NCBI GenBank assembly: GCA_963797585.1
Contig: CAWCQH010000012.1
Location: forward strand, 6,312 to 70,311
DNA: 64,000 nucleotides
Direction of reading: 5' to 3'
From: an uncultured Acidobacteriota bacterium
GTDB taxonomy: Bacteria; Acidobacteriota; Terriglobia; Acidiferrales; UBA7541
Made by a program: the position numbers and the translations under genes. Shown one piece after another: positions 1-10,288 of this stretch; within the stretch, counting starts at the first letter, position 1, and each line of letters starts with the position of its first letter. Below the pieces are notes generated by a model. It did no database searches. It was not told the DNA's origin and saw only the letters and a program-made list of their open reading frames with translations.

Positions 1-1380
1 CTCGAGTTGAAGTGGAAATCCCAGTTGTCCACTTCTCCGCAGGATATGGTTCTCTCAACGCTGACGTCTCCCTTGGTCGCTACAGTGGACGGCCCAGCGG
101 GGCGGACAACTCGCGTATTCGTAGTGGGAAGCGACAACACCGTTTATGCGATCGATTCCGAAACAGGTGAAGTTACGTGGCAGAAGCGGTTCCCCAACCA
201 GATGACGCCGAAACAAGCAGCCACTTTATCCTGTTCCAACACCCAGAATGCCACCCCTGTAATCGATAAGGATGCGGGAATCATTTATGTGTCGACCAGT
301 GACGGCAAGCTGCGCGGCCTGAGTCTCCAGAGTGGTGACGAGCGCATGCCTCCGATAGATTTCACCACTCCCTTCGCACGTAACTGGAGTCTGAATCTCA
401 TCGATGGGGTTATCTATTCACCGACGGCGCGAGGCTGTGGCGGCGCGATCTCTCACTTTACCGCGATCGATTTGAAGGATCCGGCCCGGAGAGTTGTTGA
501 GTATTACACGAGTACAGGCAGAGGAGGTGGTGCCTGGGGGCGCGGCGGCCTCGTTTCCGGCCCGAAAGGTGTATACACGCAAACAGCCGACGGTGCTTAC
601 GATCCGGCGGCCGGTAAGTTCGCCCATACCCTGATGTTTTTGAGTTTCAAGGACCTCCGGCTGCTCGATACATACACTCCTGCGAATTGGGAATTTCTTG
701 AGGAGAAAGATCTCGACCTCGGGGCAACCAATCCTACGATCTTCCCCTTCGAGAAATGGACCCTGCTCGCTTCCGCGGGAAAGGAAGCGGTGGTTTTCCT
801 GTTGGACGCCAACAGCCTCGGCGGCTTTGACCATCACACCCCACTCTACCAGTCACCCCGATGGGGCAATGATCAGGTTCTGCATGACGACCGCGGTGTT
901 TTGGGTTCGATGGCGACTTGGCAAGACGGGCAAGGACGACGGTGGCTGTTGGTGCCCATGGAGGGACCTCCATCCAAAGATGCACCCGGTTTCAAATACT
1001 CCTACGGAAAGGCGGATCAAGGCAGCATCATGGCATTCGAAGTTCGTCTTGATTCGACGAAGAATACGCCCACGCTCGCTCCGATCTGGATCTCCAGCGA
1101 CATACACGCACCCGATCCGCCTGTGGTTGCGAACGGCGTGGTGTATGCACTCGATACCGGTAAGACCACGATGGAGTCTCGAGCGAAAGGCAAGCCCGGA
1201 AATATTCCCGTCAGTCACGCCGTCTTGTACGCGATCGATGCGGAAACGGGGCAGCAGTTGTATTCAAGCGGCAACTTGATCGACAGCTGGACGCATTTCA
1301 CCGAGCCGGTGGTTGCCGGAGGTAAAGTCTACGTTTCCACCTGGGACGGGAGAGTGTACGCTTTCGGCCTCAAGAAGTAG
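1..1380 (+). CDS. PQQ-type / BamB-like beta-propeller repeat protein (5' end outside window)
   Basis: Frame is open from base 1, stop at 1378-1380. Recurrent propeller-blade motifs: VYAIDSETGEVTWQ, IIYVSTSDGKLRGL, VVYALDTGK, LYAIDAETGQQLY, GKVYVSTWDGRVYAFG. Confidence 0.6.
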   Translation, partial: LELKWKSQLSTSPQDMVLSTLTSPLVATVDGPAGRTTRVFVVGSDNTVYAIDSETGEVTWQKRFPNQMTPKQAATLSCSNTQNATPVIDKDAGIIYVSTSDGKLRGLSLQSGDERMPPIDFTTPFARNWSLNLIDGVIYSPTARGCGGAISHFTAIDLKDPARRVVEYYTSTGRGGGAWGRGGLVSGPKGVYTQTADGAYDPAAGKFAHTLMFLSFKDLRLLDTYTPANWEFLEEKDLDLGATNPTIFPFEKWTLLASAGKEAVVFLLDANSLGGFDHHTPLYQSPRWGNDQVLHDDRGVLGSMATWQDGQGRRWLLVPMEGPPSKDAPGFKYSYGKADQGSIMAFEVRLDSTKNTPTLAPIWISSDIHAPDPPVVANGVVYALDTGKTTMESRAKGKPGNIPVSHAVLYAIDAETGQQLYSSGNLIDSWTHFTEPVVAGGKVYVSTWDGRVYAFGLKK

Positions 1381-1470
1381 GGAAAATGCGTTTCCTCAGG
1401 GGCGATGCGGCACCCGGAAATAATTTATGACGATCTTTAAAATCCCTGCCCCCGGGAAGATCAATATCTT

Positions 1471-2709
1471 CTAACTCCGCCAGTCGGGCGTGGCGACATA
1501 CGCACGCGTAATGTCCGCCACTTTCTGCGTGCCGCAATTGCCCATCACAAGTTTGAGTTCGCCCTGAAGAATTTCAAGCACGCGATCGACGCCGGCTTGT
1601 CCGAATGCGCCTAAGCCCCACAGCATCGGCCGCCCGATTCCAACTGCCTTGGCGCCCAGCGCAAGAGCCTTGAAAACATCGGTGCCGCGCCGAAAGCCAC
1701 CGTCCACGAAAACCGGAATACGCCCGTTCACTCCTTCGACCACGTCAGGAAGCGCTTCGATGGTTGGCTCGAGAGTTTCCGTGACGCGCCCGCCGTGGTT
1801 CGAGACGAGGATGCCGTCGATGCCATGCTCGATGCACAACCGCGCATCCTCGCGGGTCGTCAAACCCTTGATGATGAATTTGCCCTTCCAGAATTTCCGG
1901 ATTTGATCGACATAAGCCCAGTCCAGAGCGGGATTCGTCGGTCGCATGCCTGGCACGTGAATGCCGTCGCGCATCGGCTGGGTCCGGCGGATGACCGACG
2001 AACCCTTCACATCGTGGCAGGCAGCGCACTGGCTCAGGTCTTTCGGCCGCATACGAGCCTCGGTTTCGTTGTGCGCGCCCGCTACCGTGTCAACCGTAAG
2101 AGCAAGCACGCTGCATCCCGAAGCTTCCACCCGCTGCAGGAGTTGTTCGCAGGCTTCCCAGGGACTTGGCGCATACAGCGAATACCAAACCGGGCGGCCC
2201 AAAGCCGCGTTCACCTCTTCTACCCCGAAGGACGTAGCCGTCGACAGAAACTGGAGAGTTCCGCGGGCTTTGGCCGCTCGCGCGACGGCTAATTCACCGT
2301 CGGGATGAAACGACCTCTCACCTCCGGTCGGACAAGTGAATATCGGACTGTTGTAAGTGGTCCCGAAAAGCTCCACGCGCATGTCCACCTTGGTGGCATC
2401 TCGAAGGCGGCGCGGCCGCAATTCGATGTGCTGAAATCCCTCGCGATTGGCGCGCAGCGTAGCGTCATCGTCGACGCCAGTCACCATGTGCGCCCAGTGA
2501 CCGGGTTGCACTTTCCGGTGAGCAGCCTCCTCGAAATCAAATACGTTGAGAGCTTCGGCGGGATCGGCGATCACTTCAGAAGGCTGCTGTGCATTCTGGG
2601 CGAGAGCGCCGCGCTCGAGAAAAGCAGCAATTCCATCCAGAGAAGCGACGTAGGGGCTGGCGGCAAGAAACTTCAGGAATTTGCGGCGTGCTACAGTTGG
2701 ATCGTTCAC
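1471..2709 (-). CDS. FMN-dependent alpha-hydroxy-acid dehydrogenase/oxidase family protein with twin-arginine signal
   Basis: 412 aa. N-terminus ARRKFLKFLAA matches the Tat consensus. SNHGGR and GGFRRGTDVFKALALGA motifs fit the glycolate oxidase/LldD FMN family. Confidence 0.8.
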   Translation of the reverse strand: MNDPTVARRKFLKFLAASPYVASLDGIAAFLERGALAQNAQQPSEVIADPAEALNVFDFEEAAHRKVQPGHWAHMVTGVDDDATLRANREGFQHIELRPRRLRDATKVDMRVELFGTTYNSPIFTCPTGGERSFHPDGELAVARAAKARGTLQFLSTATSFGVEEVNAALGRPVWYSLYAPSPWEACEQLLQRVEASGCSVLALTVDTVAGAHNETEARMRPKDLSQCAACHDVKGSSVIRRTQPMRDGIHVPGMRPTNPALDWAYVDQIRKFWKGKFIIKGLTTREDARLCIEHGIDGILVSNHGGRVTETLEPTIEALPDVVEGVNGRIPVFVDGGFRRGTDVFKALALGAKAVGIGRPMLWGLGAFGQAGVDRVLEILQGELKLVMGNCGTQKVADITRAYVATPDWRS

Positions 2710-2919
2710 GAGGGTAGAAGTTTTATTGCTTCCTCAACTTTTGTCAAGGTAAACGGTTTGTTGGTGTCAAACCTCATTAGAAATGTATCCTTGGTTCTCG
2801 TCAATTGACAACCCAAGTCAAACAATGGTACTTGTCCGGGCCTGAGAACGGTTGGTTATATAATCCTCAGCAAGCGAACCTCATAAACTGAAATCGAAAC
2901 GGCACAAAGGAAAGACTCA

Positions 2920-5220
2920 ATGCGAGCAATCTGGGTGAGGGGCTCACTGATACGGATTCTCCTACCGTGCAGCTTCCTTGTAATTTCGCCATTGTTCCAT
3001 ACAGCTCGACCGCAGGGCAATTCGGTGAATCCGCTGGCGGCAACCGATCGCGTCTCCGTGAACGGCGACGATATCGGAGGCGTCGTAACGAGTTCGAAGG
3101 GGCCGGAGGCCGGTGTATGGGTGATTGCTGAAACGACTGACTTGCCGACAAAGTTTCGCAAGATCGTTGTGACGGATGACGCTGGCAGGTATCTGCTGCC
3201 GGAGTTGCCTCAGGCGAATTACAAGGTGTGGGTGCGAGGCTATGGCTTGGTGGATTCGAAACCGGTAGTGGCTACGCCGGGCAAAATACTGGCGTTGACT
3301 GCGGTCGTCGCTCCCAGCGCCCAAGCCGCAGCGCAATACTATCCCGGAGATTACTGGTATTCGCTTGTGAATCTGCCGCCCAAGAGCGCCTTCCCAATGA
3401 AGATTCGCACCAGCGGCGAGGCCGCGGCACAGGCAAATGACAACTCGAGCGGCAACTTCGCGGCGATCAAAGGTACAGAAGTCGAGTCGCAGGCTCAATG
3501 GGTCTTTCTTCTGAAGAGGGCCTGCGAGGTTTGCCATCAGATGGGCAACAAAGCGACGCGTGAAATTGAACCAGGTCTCGGCACATTCGATTCGCCCGCC
3601 CTGGCTTGGGAGCGGCGGCTTATGTCTGGCCAGGTAGGCCCACAAATGACCGGCGCTCTCAACAATTTCGGGCACGACCGTGGTTTAGCGATGTTCGCGG
3701 ATTGGAGCAATCGGATTGCCGCAGGTGAAGTACCGCCCGCGCCGCCGCGGCCCCAGGGCATTGAGCGCAACATAGTCATCACGCTATGGGATTTCGGAAC
3801 CGATAAGTCCTTCGTCCATGACGTTATGAGCACCGATGAGCGGAACCCTACGGCGAACGCCTATGGCCCGATTTATGGCCCCGACCGGGCGATCGGCGCG
3901 ATTGACGTCTTGGATCCGGTCAAGAATACAAGCTCCATGATCAATGTCCCACTGCGCAACGAAAGCGATCGCAAGCTGATGCGTCGGGTTTCGCCGCAGA
4001 CTGTCGCAGCACCGTCTCCCTACTGGGGCAATGAAATTGTCTGGAATGATCCCATCACTCCATCGTCCCCGCAAATGGACAGCAGGGGCCGCCTTTGGTT
4101 TCATGCGCAGACCCGGCCGGATCTGCCCGATTATTGCAAGGAAGGCTCCGATAATCCTTTCGCGAAGAATTTCCCGATGCCGCCCAAATCGGTTGCCCAA
4201 GGCGCCCTGAACTACGACCCCTCCACGGGAAAATTCGAAATGATCGATACCTGCTTGTCGGCCGCGCACATGATATTTGCAAACGATCAGGATCAGACTT
4301 TGTACTATGGCAACACCTCCGGCGCTCGAGGGATGGGCATAATCGCCTGGATCAAGACGCGCGTATGGGACCAGACGCACGATGCCGAGAAATCGCAAGG
4401 CTGGTGCCCGGCGATTCTTGACTACAACGGCGATGGGAAAATCGGTGCCTATACGAAGCCGGACGAGCCCCCGGACCCGAAACTCGACCGGGCTGTGATC
4501 GGGGCCAGTTCGTACGGAATCGCCGTCAGCCCTGTTGACGGCAGCCTTTGGTTTGCGGCTGGCGTTGCTTCAACCAGTACAGAGGTTCCCGGGAAGATCA
4601 TCCGTATGGTGCCCGGCGCGAATCCCCCGGCAACGTGTTTGACGGAAATTTACGAACCTCCCTTTGACAATCCTAAGCTTCCGGGCGTGGAAGCTTATTC
4701 CACCCTGGGCATCGGCATCGATACGAATGGTGTGGTGTGGACAGCGCTCGCCGGTAGCAATGATCTCGCGAGCTTCGACCGTCGGAAGTGCAAGGGCCCC
4801 CTCAGCGGTCCGGCCGCGATGGGCCAGCATTGTCCCGAGGGCTGGGCGCTTTACCCGGTTCCGGGTCCGAAATTCAAAGGAACCGACGTGCTATCCGACT
4901 CCTTTTATCAGAATTGGGTGGACCGCTACGACACGCTCGGCCTCGGCAAGAATGTGCCGATCGTAAACGGGACGGGCTCGGATTCGCTGATTGCTTTTGT
5001 GCCGGAGACGAAGAAGTTTGTCACGCTGCGGGTTCCGTACCCGCTCGATTTCTACACGCGCAGCATGAACGGTCGCATTGACGATGCGAAAGCCGGCTGG
5101 AAGGGGCGGGGATTGTGGGCCGCTGACGAAGAACGCGTCGTCTGGCATGTCGAGGGCGGAAAAGGAACGACGACTTTCGTCGCCCATTTTCAGATTAGGC
5201 CCGACCCACTCGCCAAGTGA
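2920..5220 (+). CDS. secreted carboxypeptidase-regulatory-like domain protein with one CxxCH motif and a beta-propeller-like C-terminal region
   Basis: 766 aa with a hydrophobic N-terminal signal. GVVTSSKGPEAGVWVIAETTDL..DDAGRYLLPELPQANYKVWVRGYG resembles CarboxypepD_reg. CEVCH lies at 3523-3537. GIAVSPVDGSLWFA and GIDTNGVVWTA look like propeller blades. Function unknown. Confidence 0.5.
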   Translation: MRAIWVRGSLIRILLPCSFLVISPLFHTARPQGNSVNPLAATDRVSVNGDDIGGVVTSSKGPEAGVWVIAETTDLPTKFRKIVVTDDAGRYLLPELPQANYKVWVRGYGLVDSKPVVATPGKILALTAVVAPSAQAAAQYYPGDYWYSLVNLPPKSAFPMKIRTSGEAAAQANDNSSGNFAAIKGTEVESQAQWVFLLKRACEVCHQMGNKATREIEPGLGTFDSPALAWERRLMSGQVGPQMTGALNNFGHDRGLAMFADWSNRIAAGEVPPAPPRPQGIERNIVITLWDFGTDKSFVHDVMSTDERNPTANAYGPIYGPDRAIGAIDVLDPVKNTSSMINVPLRNESDRKLMRRVSPQTVAAPSPYWGNEIVWNDPITPSSPQMDSRGRLWFHAQTRPDLPDYCKEGSDNPFAKNFPMPPKSVAQGALNYDPSTGKFEMIDTCLSAAHMIFANDQDQTLYYGNTSGARGMGIIAWIKTRVWDQTHDAEKSQGWCPAILDYNGDGKIGAYTKPDEPPDPKLDRAVIGASSYGIAVSPVDGSLWFAAGVASTSTEVPGKIIRMVPGANPPATCLTEIYEPPFDNPKLPGVEAYSTLGIGIDTNGVVWTALAGSNDLASFDRRKCKGPLSGPAAMGQHCPEGWALYPVPGPKFKGTDVLSDSFYQNWVDRYDTLGLGKNVPIVNGTGSDSLIAFVPETKKFVTLRVPYPLDFYTRSMNGRIDDAKAGWKGRGLWAADEERVVWHVEGGKGTTTFVAHFQIRPDPLAK

Positions 5221-5304
5221 TCCGTCAGTGCGACAATTGATCGAGCCGGCACCCTTTCACGGCACGCATCGCTCGCGAATCGAGGTATACCGCCACCCGC
5301 AATC

Positions 5305-6441
5305 TCATTCCGCGGGAGCCGGGCCACGATCGGCGGCGAAGCGACGGGGACGGCACATAGGGCACGGCGGCAATTTGCCATCGAGTTCCATATAGACCGC
5401 GGTGATATCGGGCAGCGCGGCTTCACTAAAGAAGTCATGCGCGTACGGACCCAAATGCCAGCTCTTGGGAACGTCTTCGATCGGGATGCCTGCATCGTGC
5501 AGCCGTTTACCTTCGGCATACACGGCCTGCAAAGCACGAATGCTGTTGAGAAACTCTTCCTTATTAACGGCGGGGCTATCCATGAAGCCATGCGCTCCAA
5601 GATAGTTGTCCACATTCTTCATCTTGGCCGCTTCGTTCAGCAGAGCGATCCATTCCGATGGATAGGAGCTGTCTCCCATCGACGGCACTTGCCGCGATTC
5701 AAACGATTCACTCACCCAGAGGATTCGTTCTTTAGGGAGGTAGGTCTCAAGATCGGGTCCCGAGTGGCCGCGGCCCATGTACATGATGCGGAGCTCTGTA
5801 CTGCCCACCTTGAGAACTTTTGTGACGTGTGGCGCCGGTTCTCTTGGATCCGGCGGCAGCGAGCCTACAACATCCGTGATCTTGACAATATCCCTCAGTT
5901 TCCCTGATTTATCTGGTATCTTCGCATCCGCTTCAAACCATCCCTTCGTAATCGCATGGCCGATAAACGTGATCTGATCCACGCCAGGCATTGAGCTAAA
6001 GGCGGTTTCTCCGTGATCGCCGTGGGGACTTCCCACCACAATATATTTGATCGGTTGCGGAGTAAGCTTTTTAATCTCATCGACCATGCGTGCCATTTCC
6101 CCGGCCCGACCCTGGCCATCCAGCACGACCACACCAGCCGTCGTGATTACAATGAGGCTATTGGTGATCCATCCGGAGGTGTTGTGAGGTGCCTGGTAGA
6201 GATACACATTGTCTGCGACTTTCTTGACCACTGGGAAATCGGCTTCCGTCCATCGAACGTGCCAGTCACCGCCAGGCGGAAGCTGAAGATTTTCTCCTGT
6301 TCGCACGTCATATTTTGAGGAAGCGAGCACGGCGTCGAGATTCTCTCCCGGCCGGATGGCCTGTGCAAAAAGAGCAGGAGTGGCGGCGAATGCAAAAATA
6401 ATGAGACTAAGCATTCCGCTACATTTAGCCATTCCACGCAT
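5305..6441 (-). CDS. secreted MBL-fold metallo-hydrolase family protein (variant SPHGDH motif)
   Basis: Start placed at MRGMAKCSGMLSLIIFAFAATPALFAQA (signal peptide). The ORF is open upstream to 6543. VVVLDGQG...IVVGSPHGDHGE is a metallo-beta-lactamase-type motif with the first His replaced. Confidence 0.6.
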   Translation of the reverse strand: MRGMAKCSGMLSLIIFAFAATPALFAQAIRPGENLDAVLASSKYDVRTGENLQLPPGGDWHVRWTEADFPVVKKVADNVYLYQAPHNTSGWITNSLIVITTAGVVVLDGQGRAGEMARMVDEIKKLTPQPIKYIVVGSPHGDHGETAFSSMPGVDQITFIGHAITKGWFEADAKIPDKSGKLRDIVKITDVVGSLPPDPREPAPHVTKVLKVGSTELRIMYMGRGHSGPDLETYLPKERILWVSESFESRQVPSMGDSSYPSEWIALLNEAAKMKNVDNYLGAHGFMDSPAVNKEEFLNSIRALQAVYAEGKRLHDAGIPIEDVPKSWHLGPYAHDFFSEAALPDITAVYMELDGKLPPCPMCRPRRFAADRGPAPAE

Positions 6442-6585
6442 AGTTCCCTCGGAGTCGCCCAAACTGCCCCATAATACCTCAACCCCGCGTTCGAGAGATG
6501 CGCTCGCAGGCCACGCAACCTTTCCGAACCGAAAGTGAGTCAATGCTTGACCTCATTCCCAGTATGGCCCTAACGTAAGACTTCC

Positions 6586-7053
6586 ATGAGCGCCATCACG
6601 CTAAAAGTTAACGGCGTTGCCCATACGCTGGACCTCGATCCGTCAACCCCTCTGCTTTATGCGTTGAGCGACGATCTAGAACTGCGAGGGCCTAAATTCG
6701 GCTGCGGCCTGGGACAATGCGGGGCCTGCACGGTGATCGTAAAAGGACAAGCGATCCGGTCGTGCATCACCCCGGTGGAAGCAGTGGCCGGTTCCGAAAT
6801 CACGACTCTCGAAGGGCTGGGAACTCCGGAAAAACCGCACCCGATTCAGCAAGCTTTTATCGACGAGCAGGCCGCGCAGTGCGGCTTTTGCCTGAACGCT
6901 GTGATCATGAACGCCAAAGCTTTCGTAGATAAGAATCCGAAAGCGACTGACGAACAGATCGAGCAAGCCCTCTCCAACGTACTTTGCCGTTGTTTTACGC
7001 ACGTCCGCATGCTGCGGGCAATCAAACGCTATGCTCAGGGCGTGGCTCGGTGA
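6586..7053 (+). CDS. (2Fe-2S)-binding small subunit of an IorAB/aldehyde-oxidase-type molybdoenzyme
   Basis: 155 aa. GCGLGQCGACTV and QCGFCLNA..LCRC are the two [2Fe-2S] cysteine clusters typical of this family. Confidence 0.9.
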   Translation: MSAITLKVNGVAHTLDLDPSTPLLYALSDDLELRGPKFGCGLGQCGACTVIVKGQAIRSCITPVEAVAGSEITTLEGLGTPEKPHPIQQAFIDEQAAQCGFCLNAVIMNAKAFVDKNPKATDEQIEQALSNVLCRCFTHVRMLRAIKRYAQGVAR

Positions 7054-9442
7054 GCGAATCCCCCAAACACGCGCCGCAAATTTCCGTGACTTCGAGGACC
7101 CGCTCAGCTCTCAAGGATTCTGGATTCTCGCGCCGCGATTTCCTCAAGCAATCGGCGGCCCTCATTGTGAGTTTCAGCATGTGGGACCTCGGCATGGGAG
7201 TTACTCCCAGTCACGCCCAGGCGGCGCGTCCCGTTGCTCCAGGTTCGCCCCCACAGGACCAATTGGATTCATGGATTGCCATCGGGGACGATGGCAGCGT
7301 AACGGCATATACCGGCAAAGTCGAACTCGGCCAGGGCATCGTCACCGCGCAAACGCAACTGGTGGCCGAAGAGCTTTGCGTGCCTTTCGAACGGGTCAAG
7401 CTGATCTATGGCGATACGGCTTTCACCCCCGATCAGGCTTATACGTCCGGCAGTTTGTCGCACGCTACGAACTTCAACCACAGTAATCTGGCGCAGGCCG
7501 CTGCAACTGCGCGCGAGATGCTTCTGCGCCTCGCCTCCGAACGACTTGGAGTGCCTCCCGCAGAACTCGTCGCAGCAGATGGCCGGATTCGACCGAAGGG
7601 CGACCCATCGCGGGCGTTGAATTATGGCGAGTTGGTGGGTGGGAGAAAGTTCAACATCACACTCGATGCAAATGCCAGGCGAAAGACTCCGAGCGAGTGG
7701 ACCGTGCTCGGGAAGCCAGTACGGCGTCCCGATCTTCCAGCTTTGGCCACCGGGCGATTCGAATTCGTTCACAACGTCCGGGTTCCCGGCATGCTGCACG
7801 GAAGAGTGGTCCGCCCTCCCGCTGTGGGTGCAACTGTAGTTAGTGTTGACGAAAGTTCTGTTCAGACATTGCCGGGCGTTGTGAAAGTGGTTGTAAGGAA
7901 CAATTTCGTCGGCGTCGTTGCGGCAAAAGCCGTGGCAAGCCAATTCAAGCTGCGAACGCCTTGAAGATCACCTGGACGCCGGGCGCCGGCCTGCCGGGTC
8001 AGGCGAATTTCTATGACTCGCTGAGGAACCAGAAGCCTACCCGCGATACGTTGCTGCTCGATTCGAAGGACGTGGACGAGAAGTTTTCACAAGCCGCTGT
8101 GATCCTGAAGGCGACTTATCGCCATCCCTATCAAATGCACGGATCGATGGGAAGCTCGTGCGCCGTCGCAGATGTGCAGGGAGAGAAAGCGACGTTGTGG
8201 TCTGCGACGCAGGGCGTGTGGTACATGCGCAGCAGCGCCGCCATGCTTCTGGGACTCAAGCCCGAGAATCTGCGCGTTGTTTTCACCCGCGGTTCCGGCT
8301 GCTACGGAAACAATGGCGCCGATACCGCGACCTACGATGCCGCACTTCTGTCGCAGGCGGTCGGCAAGCCAGTCCGCGTGCAGCTTACCCGAAAAGACGA
8401 AATGGCCTGGGAAAGCTACGGAAATGCATTCGTCCTTGATGAAGGAGCCGCGCTCGACGCAAACGGCAACATCGTCGCCTGGCACCACGAGTCTTGGATG
8501 CCAGTTTTGGGGAATCGGCCAGGCGCAGGAACTCCTGGAAATATAATTACCGGCTTTCTGGCAGGCTTTCCACCCGACCCATTTGCGGCACGAACACCTT
8601 CGCCGGAGCCGGCGCATTACGACAACAGCGTCAACACGATTCCCTCGTATGTTGCCGGGAACATCGCAGGCGTGAACAACGGGACGGGAAACATTCGCTC
8701 TGAGCGAGTGCTCGTCCACAATGTCGTGTCTCCATTTTGGACTGGGCCGCTGCGCTCACCCGCGTGTTTGCAGAACACTTTTGCCCATGAATCCTTTATC
8801 GACGAAATCGCCGCCCATTCCAGTGCCGACCCCGTTGCTTTTCGGCTGCGTCACTTGACTCGCGATCGTTTGATTGACGTGCTGAAGGGTGTGGCAGTAG
8901 CCGCCAATTGGCAGGTCCGCCCGTCTCCCAGACCCGGTATTCGCCGCTCCGGAATTTCTGCTGGGCGCGGCGTTGCGTGCGTGGCGCACGAGGGAACCAA
9001 CAGTTACGGGGCGATCGTCGCCGAGATTGAGGTAGACCAGGATACCGGCAAGATCACTGCGAAACGCATCTTTGTCTGCGTCGACTGCGGGCCCATCTCA
9101 AATCCCGATGGACTTAGAAATCAGATTGAAGGGGGCGCCCTTCAGGGAATGAGCCGCGCTCTGCTCGAAGAAGTCACATGGGACGATCGGAAGGTCACAT
9201 CATTCGATTGGGCCAGTTACCATAGTTTGCCGCTGGGTTTTGCCGTACCCGAGATTGAAGTGAAGGTCATCGAGCGTCCGGACGTGGACGCAACCGGTGC
9301 CGGCGAACTCTCGATCACCATGCTTGCCGCGGCGCTCGCCAACGCCATCTTCGATGCGACCGGAGCGCGAATTCGTGAGATTCCTTTCACTTCCGAGCGA
9401 GTAAAAACTGTACTGCGCAGCATCAGTCCTGGCGTTGCGTAA
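7050..9442 (+). CDS. molybdopterin-binding large subunit (IorB-like), interrupted by one apparent frameshift near 7925-7964
   Basis: The GTG at 7050 overlaps the upstream stop (GTGA). Tat-type SRRDFLK signal. The gene is split into ORFs 7050..7964 and 7961..9442. The second frame read upstream gives KPIQAANALKITW, which continues the first fragment. Confidence 0.8.
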
Positions 9443-9501
9443 AACCGTCGCGCTGCAATATTGCGTGGGCCCTAAAAGTGTCCGATCTTTTCAGCGGCCT
9501 G

Positions 9502-10134
9502 CTAATTGCCCAGCTTGGGCCACTCTTCAATTTTCACGCGGGCGATGAGGCTGGCTCCCCCTTTGCCGTCGGGACCAAGAATGAGCGCTTCGCCTTCGGA
9601 CAAGCTATCCGACCATTGCGGAAAAGCGCCCGCGATGTTCGGTTGGTGGGTGATGAGGATCGTGTTGGAGCCGGAAGGGAATTCCGTGACCTGCTTCTGT
9701 AGCCACGCGGCCTGTGACTCTTTTGTAATCTGCATGCTCTGGCCATTGTCGCCGAGTTCGGGGATGGCTCGCGGGGCAGGCAATTGTGCGTATCGCGCCG
9801 TTTCGAAGGCGCGATAAGTAGGGCTCGAGAGCACCTGGCCGATGGGTATTTTTAAATCGCGCAGCGCCTTTCCGAAAGCGACGGCCGTGGTCCGACCGTT
9901 TTCATCGAGTTGGCGCTCGAGGTGGACGTTTTCAGGATCGGCGGTTTGCGCCGTGGGGAGTTCGCGCGGCGCATTTGCATGGCGCATGAGGATCACGTAT
10001 CCGCCGCGCTGAAGGGCGTTTGCGAGTGATTTCCCCTGCAACTGCTGGGCGCTCGCACCGCCTGAAGCCAACAGCAAGCCTGCTATAGCCGCGACGAGTG
10101 CGAGACCACGTCTCATATGCCAGTGTGATTTCAT
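9502..10134 (-). CDS. secreted histidine phosphatase family protein (SixA-like)
   Basis: 210 aa with a signal peptide (LALVAAIAGLLLASGGASA). YVILMRHANAP (RH motif) and ILITHQPNI (second His). Confidence 0.7.
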   Translation of the reverse strand: MKSHWHMRRGLALVAAIAGLLLASGGASAQQLQGKSLANALQRGGYVILMRHANAPRELPTAQTADPENVHLERQLDENGRTTAVAFGKALRDLKIPIGQVLSSPTYRAFETARYAQLPAPRAIPELGDNGQSMQITKESQAAWLQKQVTEFPSGSNTILITHQPNIAGAFPQWSDSLSEGEALILGPDGKGGASLIARVKIEEWPKLGN

Positions 10135-10288
10135 AAGCGCCTCAGTCAGTCTCGAAGTGAACTTTCCTGACGACCTCTAAGTTCGGCGACATTCTACACC
10201 AGCAGGCAGAACGATTTGAATGACCATAGACAACTGCGTGCTGACCGATATCCGGGAATTCTGTGCGACCAGTGGTGACTGTGGATTT

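Noticed and set aside
6984-7049. Upstream extension of the IorB-like ORF overlapping the 2Fe-2S subunit gene by 70 nt
   Set aside because: The extension (MPLFYARPHAAGNQTLCSGRGS) lies inside the well-supported small-subunit CDS. A GTG at 7050 forms a GTGA overlap and directly precedes the Tat signal.
7921-7930. Programmed -1/+1 ribosomal frameshift at gca aaa gcc in the IorB-like gene
   Set aside because: There is no X XXY YYZ heptamer and I see no downstream structure. Similar 1-nt discontinuities occur in unrelated genes (obg, the DPP3-like gene, NRPS), so indel error or mutation is the simpler explanation.
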